Positions 58,818 to 64,000 of a DNA stretch of 64,000 nucleotides are shown here, piece by piece. Source of the DNA: an uncultured Planctomycetaceae bacterium (GTDB lineage Bacteria; Planctomycetota; Planctomycetia; Pirellulales; PALSA-1355). The stretch covers positions 1-64,000 of the forward strand of contig CAWAUV010000005.1 in assembly GCA_963785305.1 (NCBI GenBank), in the 5' to 3' direction. The number at the start of each line of letters is the position of its first letter. The first letter of the stretch is position 1. The notes below the pieces were generated by a model that was given only the letters and a program-made list of their open reading frames with translations, made no database searches and was not told the DNA's origin. The position numbers and the translations under genes are program-made.

Positions 58818-59873
58818 TTAGTGAATTCCCTCGGCCGCGAGCCAGCGCTCGCAATCGAGCGCCGCTTGGCAGCCGGAGCCGGCGGCGGTGACCGCTTGGC
58901 GATAATAGTCGTCGGCCACGTCGCCAGCGGCAAACACGCCGATCACGCTCGTGTTGGTGCGAAACGGCACGGTCCAGCGAATGTATTTCTTCGAAGTGAG
59001 CTCGAGCTGATTTTCGAGAAACGCGGTGTTGGGCGTGTGGCCAATCGCGAGGAACACTCCCGAGGATTCGAGTTCGCGCGTCGCGCCCGAATCGAGCGTC
59101 GAGCCGATTCGCGCTCCGGTCACGCCGCGCTTTCTCGTCGCCGAGCACTTCATCGAGCGAGGAGTTCCAGAGGATTTCGATTTTTTCGTTGCCGCGGGCG
59201 CGTTCGGCCATGACCTTCGACGCGCGGAGCGCGTCGCGGCGATGGACCATGTAGACCCGGCTGGCGAACTTCGAGAGATAGGTCGCTTCCTCGACCGCGG
59301 AGTCGCCGCCGCCCACCACGACCAGCGGCTTGTCGCGAAAGCGAGGCAATGCTCCATCGCACACCGCGCAGCGCTCACGCCATGGTTCTTGTATTTGTCT
59401 TCGCTGGGCAGACCCAAGTAATTGGCCCGTGCGCCGGTGGCCACGATCACGCTCTGGGCTTCGATTGGCTTGCCTTCGCTGGGCGAGAGCCGAAAGGGCC
59501 GGCGGCTGAAATCGACCTTGGCGATGTCGTCGGTGATGATGCGCGTGCCGAAGTTCTTGGCTTGTTGGCGCATCAGCTCCATGAGCTCCGGGCCGCTGAC
59601 GCCGTGGCCTTCGTGCGGCGCCATCGTGCCGCGCGCCTCGGCGCCGATCGCGTGGTCGAGATACGCGCCGAGGTTGCCCGCCGGAAAGCCAGGATAGTTT
59701 TCCACTTCGGTGGTCAGGTTCAGTTGGCCAAGCGGCAGCGTGCCAGCGAGTCGATTCGGCTCGGTGATGGCGCCTTCGTAGACCAGCGGCCGCAGTTCGG
59801 CGCGGGCCGCGTAGATGGCGGCCGTCCAAGCGGCCGGTCCGCTGCCGATGATGACCAGTTTCTCGTCGGCCAA
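58818..59873 (-). CDS. trxB: Thioredoxin reductase (compensating frameshifts around CAVC)
   Basis: [22 protein letters not shown] and [10 protein letters not shown] in the alternate frame, [15 protein letters not shown]. Confidence 0.93.
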   Translation of the reverse strand: MADEKLVIIGSGPAAWTAAIYAARAELRPLVYEGAITEPNRLAGTLPLGQLNLTTEVENYPGFPAGNLGAYLDHAIGAEARGTMAPHEGHGVSGPELMELMRQQAKNFGTRIITDDIAKVDFSRRPFRLSPSEGKPIEAQSVIVATGARANYLGLPSEDKYKNHGVSAARCAMEHCLAFATSRWSWWAAATPRSRKRPISRSSPAGSTWSIAATRSARRRSWPNAPAATKKSKSSGTPRSMKCSATRKRGVTGARIGSTLDSGATRELESSGVFLAIGHTPNTAFLENQLELTSKKYIRWTVPFRTNTSVIGVFAAGDVADDYYRQAVTAAGSGCQAALDCERWLAAEGIH

Positions 59874-59972
59874 AGCTCGATCCTTTCGCGTGGGTTGCCG
59901 GTAAAGCCAGCATTATAGGCGGCGAAACGGCGAGCGTCCATTGGCGGCCGCCATCCGGATCGCCGACGAAAT

Positions 59973-60747
59973 TCAACCATAACGCCCCAGCACGCGGTCG
60001 ACCAACCGCGGGGCGAGCTTGTTGGCCCAGTGCAGGCACTTGGCCGGCAGGCCGAGAATCGCTTCATGTCTTCCGCGGCGCATGGCCGCCACGATCTTTT
60101 TCGCCACTGCTTGCGAACTGGCCCCGCGCGGTTGGCGCCAAGGATATTTGCCAGGGCTGAGGGCGTGTTGGAAAAACTCGGTGTCGGTCGTGCCGGGATG
60201 CACGTTGAGCACCTCGATACCGCGCTCGGTCAACTCGGCCCGCAACGATTCCGCCCATCCGCGGAGGGCAAATTTGCTCGCGCAGTATTCGCTGGCATGG
60301 GGAATTCCCCGATGCGCGAGAATCGAGCCGACATTCACCACGATCGGCAGCCGGCCACGCTCGAGCTCGGGCAGCGACTGGCGAACCAGTTCGACCGGGG
60401 CAAAGAAGTTGACTTCCATGATCCGCCGCAGTCGCTCGGGCTCGGCGTCGGCAAAACGGCCCAAAGCGCCGACGCCGGCATTGTTCGCGATAAAGTCGAG
60501 CCCGCCCCAGCGCGCGACAGTTCGGGCGATGGCCGCCGATCGGATCGCCGGGTCGCAAATATCCCCGACCACGAAATCCGCGTTGGCTCCAAGCGCGGCG
60601 ACCACGCTCGCCAGTTGCTCCTCGCGCCGCGCCACCAGCAGCACGCACGCGCCGGCGGCATGTAATTCGCCAGCGAGCGCGCGCGCCGATGCCGCCCGAT
60701 GCGCCGGTCACGATGCCTCGCAGACCGTGAATCTCGCGACGGGCCAT
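59973..60747 (-). CDS. SDR family oxidoreductase (frameshift near 60685)
   Basis: [17 protein letters not shown]. Confidence 0.9.
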
Positions 60748-60751
60748 CGTT

Positions 60752-62200
60752 TCAGCGCCGATCCGTGTCGGAAGCTCGCGGCGAAGGCATCTCCGAGAGG
60801 TCCTCCGTGGAACGTTTCGCTCCCAACACGCTATCCGCGCCGAGTTCGCCGAGTGGAAGCACGCCTTGCGCGGCGCCGTGGGTCGCGGAGTTCGGCTCGG
60901 CGTCGATCGCGTGGGGGCGAATGGTGGCGCCGGCGCCGTGCAAATGCGCCAGCGCCCGGCGGGGCACTCGGCAATGCACCACCACGCGGTTGTCATCGCC
61001 ATAGCGTTTCGAGAGCACTTCGCCATGCGCGGCCAAGGCGGCGAGCAAGCGGCCATTGTCGACGCCGGTCTCGACATCGATATCGAGAAAATCATGGCTG
61101 AGCGCCTGGCTCACCGCGGCGGCGAGCGTGTCGAGTCCTTGGCCGCCGCGGGCGCTCACGGATATCGCCCGCGGATAGCGGCTGAGAATCGTGAGCAGTT
61201 GGCCGCGCTCGGCGGCGTCGACTTTATTGAGCACCAATAGGGCGTCCTTGGCCTCGTTGCCTAGTTCCTCGAGCACCCGATACACGGACGAAATCTGGTC
61301 GAGCGCCGCCGGATTGCTGGCGTCGGCCACATGCAGCAGCAGATCGGCTTGGCGCGATTCTTCGAGCGTGGCCTTGAAGCTGGCGATCAAATGATGCGGC
61401 AAATCGCGGATGAATCCCACGGTGTCGCTCAGCAGCACGGGCCCCCAGCCGGGCAACTGCCAGCGGCGAGTTCGCGTGTCGAGCGTGGCGAAGAGCTTGT
61501 CTTCGGCCAGCACGTCGGCGCCGGTGAGCGTGTTGAGCAGCGTGCTCTTGCCGGCATTCGTGTAGCCAACGAGCGACACGGTCATGCGTTCGTTGCGCGA
61601 GGCGACTTGCCGCTCCTTGCGCGATTCGATGCTCTTGAGATCCGCCCGAAGTTCGCTGATCCGCTTCTCGACCAAGCGGCGGTCGACCTCGAGCTGCTTT
61701 TCGCCCGGCCCGCGCATTCCGACGCCCATCTTGATGCGCGAAAGATGGGTCCACATCCGTTTGAGCCGCGGCAAGGAATATTGAAGCTGGGCAAGCTCCA
61801 CGGCCAGCCGCGACTCGCTGGTGCGCGCCCGCGAGGCGAAGATATCGAGGATCAGCTCCGTGCGATCGAGCACCTTGACGCCCGTGGCTTGTTCGAGATT
61901 GCGTGTCTGGGCGGGGCTCAGGTCATTGTCGAACAGAATCACATCGGCTTCCTCGCCCTCGGCCATCGCCTTGAGCTCGCCGACTTTTCCGCTGCCGAGA
62001 TACGTGGTCACATCGGGTGTCTGGCGCCGCTGGGTCAATCGGCCCACGACCCGAGTCTGCGCGGTGTCCGCGAGTCCCTCGAGTTCGTCGAGCGGATTTT
62101 CCTCGCTTTGCCGTTCGGGCAGAAGCACGCCGACGAGAATCGCCGATTCGCTGGCGACGCCCTGGCCACGATGCATCTCGGTGCGACGGTGTTCGCTCAC
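60752..62200 (-). CDS. hflX: GTPase HflX
   Basis: LILDIFA, GPGEKQLEVDRR, GYTNAGKST, LFATLD, DTVGFI, NKVD; probable GTG start at 62200. Confidence 0.93.
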   Translation of the reverse strand: MSEHRRTEMHRGQGVASESAILVGVLLPERQSEENPLDELEGLADTAQTRVVGRLTQRRQTPDVTTYLGSGKVGELKAMAEGEEADVILFDNDLSPAQTRNLEQATGVKVLDRTELILDIFASRARTSESRLAVELAQLQYSLPRLKRMWTHLSRIKMGVGMRGPGEKQLEVDRRLVEKRISELRADLKSIESRKERQVASRNERMTVSLVGYTNAGKSTLLNTLTGADVLAEDKLFATLDTRTRRWQLPGWGPVLLSDTVGFIRDLPHHLIASFKATLEESRQADLLLHVADASNPAALDQISSVYRVLEELGNEAKDALLVLNKVDAAERGQLLTILSRYPRAISVSARGGQGLDTLAAAVSQALSHDFLDIDVETGVDNGRLLAALAAHGEVLSKRYGDDNRVVVHCRVPRRALAHLHGAGATIRPHAIDAEPNSATHGAAQGVLPLGELGADSVLGAKRSTEDLSEMPSPRASDTDRR

Positions 62201-62282
62201 GATGGATCGGATTCTCCGGAGTAAAACGAATGGGCGACGCGCCCGCTCTCCCACCGACACGCTCGACCGACCCGAGGTTCGC

Positions 62283-63448
62283 TCATGCGACATCGCCCTC
62301 GAACAGGCGCAGTAGCTTTCGTAGCGGCGGGCGTCGAGCCGGCCATCGGCCACGGCGTCTTTCACGGCGCAATCGGCTTCGTGCGTGTGGGTGCAATCAG
62401 GATAACGGCATCGGTTAACGAACGGACGAACATCGCGAAAATAACCGGCCACCTCGGCCGGCACAATGTCCCAAAGCTGAAACTGTCGCACGCCCGGCGT
62501 GTCGACCACATAGCCGCCCGAGGCGAGCGGAATGAGTCGGGCCGTGGTCGTGGTGTGGCGGCCTTTTTGATTTTCGAGGCTCACGGCCGCCACTCGCAAA
62601 TGCAATGTCGGATCGACCGCGTTGAGCAGCGACGACTTGCCGACGCCGCTCTGCCCGGCCACGGCGCTGGCCTTGCCCGCGAGCCGCCGCCGGAGCCGAT
62701 CGATGCCCGCGCCGCTCGCGGCCGAGAGCAAGAGCACATCGTAGCCCATTTGGGCATACACACCCACGAGCGGCTGCAAATCGGCCGGACTCGCGAGATC
62801 GATTTTGTTGATGCAGATCAGTGGAACGAGCCCATTTTGATGCGCGCTGACGAGAAACCGATCGATCAGATTCGGCTTCAAATGCGGTTCGGCGGCGCTG
62901 CCGATGATCACGAGCTGGTCGACATGCGTAACGAGCACATGCTGTCGGCCGCGACTCGAGCGGCTGAGCACTCCGCGGCGCGGCTCGATCCGCTCGATCA
63001 TGCCTTCGCGCGGCCCCGAGGGGCGAAATCGCACCCGATCGCCCGCCGCGAGCACATGGCGTTGATCGGTCGACAGCGTGCGGAGCAGGCGGCGGGTGTG
63101 GCACTCGAAGACGGCGCCGTCGGGCGCTTCGACCCGGCTCGTGAGACCATGCACGCTCAGCACGCGGCCGGCCAGACATTCGGCGTCGGCGGCAAGCAGC
63201 ACTTGCGAGCTTTGTTCGTCGTGGCCATCGGCGAACACGGTGCGCTTGCGAGTGAGCGAGCCCTTGCCGCTGATGCGCTCGTCTTGCGGAGCGTCGTCGG
63301 CCGCGATATCGGCCGGGGCGGGCGATTCTTCCGCCGCGTCGGTATCGGTCCCGGGAGGGCGAAAGTGGCGAGTCCAATCGCCTTGCCGCGCCCGATCGCC
63401 GCGATTCTTGCGAAACTCGGCGCGAATCTTTTTTTTCCTTGGAGGCAT
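62283..63448 (-). CDS. rsgA: Ribosome small subunit-dependent GTPase A
   Basis: NKID, GQSGVGKSS, GRHTTT, DTPG, CRYPDCTHTHEADC; likely true end ...LFEGDVA* at 62283 after a 1-nt indel. Confidence 0.92.
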
Positions 63449-63535
63449 TCCGTCGTTGCTCGGCGAGTGCTGGCCGAGGCCCTTTCCCGGGGAACTTCAC
63501 GGGTCGAAGTCCCGCCGCGAATCCATGACGTGATT

Positions 63536-64000
63536 TCAGATCGGATCGACGCGCTTGCGAATTTGACCGGCCTGATTGTTGTTCAGATCGAACCGCTTCT
63601 GTTCGTCGTCTTTCGAGGGACGCGTGAAAAGTTTCTTACCAACCAGCCCGGCGCGCTCGAGCAGCGACTTCTTCATGATATCCTGCGGAATCGCTTCGTC
63701 GACCGGCGGCGGGCCCGTGGCCCCGCAATCCTCGGGCGAGTAGTTCACGGAATATTTATGCTTTGCGATCGCGAGTTCGTCGCCTGGGTCGAGCCGTTTT
63801 TCCGAAACACGGAAACCATTGACCTTGAGCCCATTGCGGCTGCCCATGTCCTTCACGTACCAGTAACCATCTTCCAGGCTCAGAGTGCAGTGGTGCGCCG
63901 AGATATTGGAAAACCGCAGCACGATGTCGCAGCTTTCTCTCCGCCCGACGAGGAGCGACTTCTTGAGCAACGGAATCTGATCGCCGCCGCCGATGGGAAC
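63536..64000 (-). CDS. FHA domain protein (start outside the window)
   Basis: VGRRESCDI..ISAHH..DMGSRNG..VNG. Confidence 0.88.
   Translation of the reverse strand, partial: VPIGGGDQIPLLKKSLLVGRRESCDIVLRFSNISAHHCTLSLEDGYWYVKDMGSRNGLKVNGFRVSEKRLDPGDELAIAKHKYSVNYSPEDCGATGPPPVDEAIPQDIMKKSLLERAGLVGKKLFTRPSKDDEQKRFDLNNNQAGQIRKRVDPI

Noticed and set aside
57793..60039. 748-aa TrxB-AsnS fusion ORF
   Set aside because: Mosaic of frames created by indels; trxB has its own stop at 58818 and asnS its own start at 58794

Overview
The window is probably two unrelated pieces joined near 5.8 kb. Bases 1 to ~5820 are lower in GC and look Acidobacteria-like (inferred): a TPR protein, uvrA, a stand-alone heme-copper oxidase subunit III, a cytochrome c and an alpha/beta hydrolase. 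The rest is high-GC Planctomycetota (Pirellulales-like) DNA. Its core is tRNA-Thr/Tyr/Gly/Thr-tuf-tRNA-Trp-secE-nusG-rplK-rplA-rplJ-rplL-rpoB-rpoC on the minus strand. Upstream of this core sits an unusual multi-HTH sigma-70 protein; downstream sit a THI5/NMT1-type ABC importer and a CDF exporter. Other genes include two KAS III-fold enzymes (one OleA-like), a sulfatase, a pilin-like protein, an orphan kdpE, a C26/AnmK/amidase trio, a DUF1592-DUF1552 pair followed by an ABC/HlyD exporter, and tadA, asnS, trxB, an SDR, hflX, rsgA and an FHA protein. Many genes, including housekeeping ones, carry single-base frameshifts, best explained as long-read consensus errors. I found no CRISPR array, prophage or intact transposase. 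The most notable items are the sigma factor with three extra HTHs and no region 3, apparent pseudo-enzymes, a PilZ-TM-LTxxQ protein, a MITE family sitting on stop codons, micro-tandem repeats in leaders of the translation cluster, and an apparent (probably artefactual) RsgA-HflX fusion. All family assignments come from motif recognition, not database searches.
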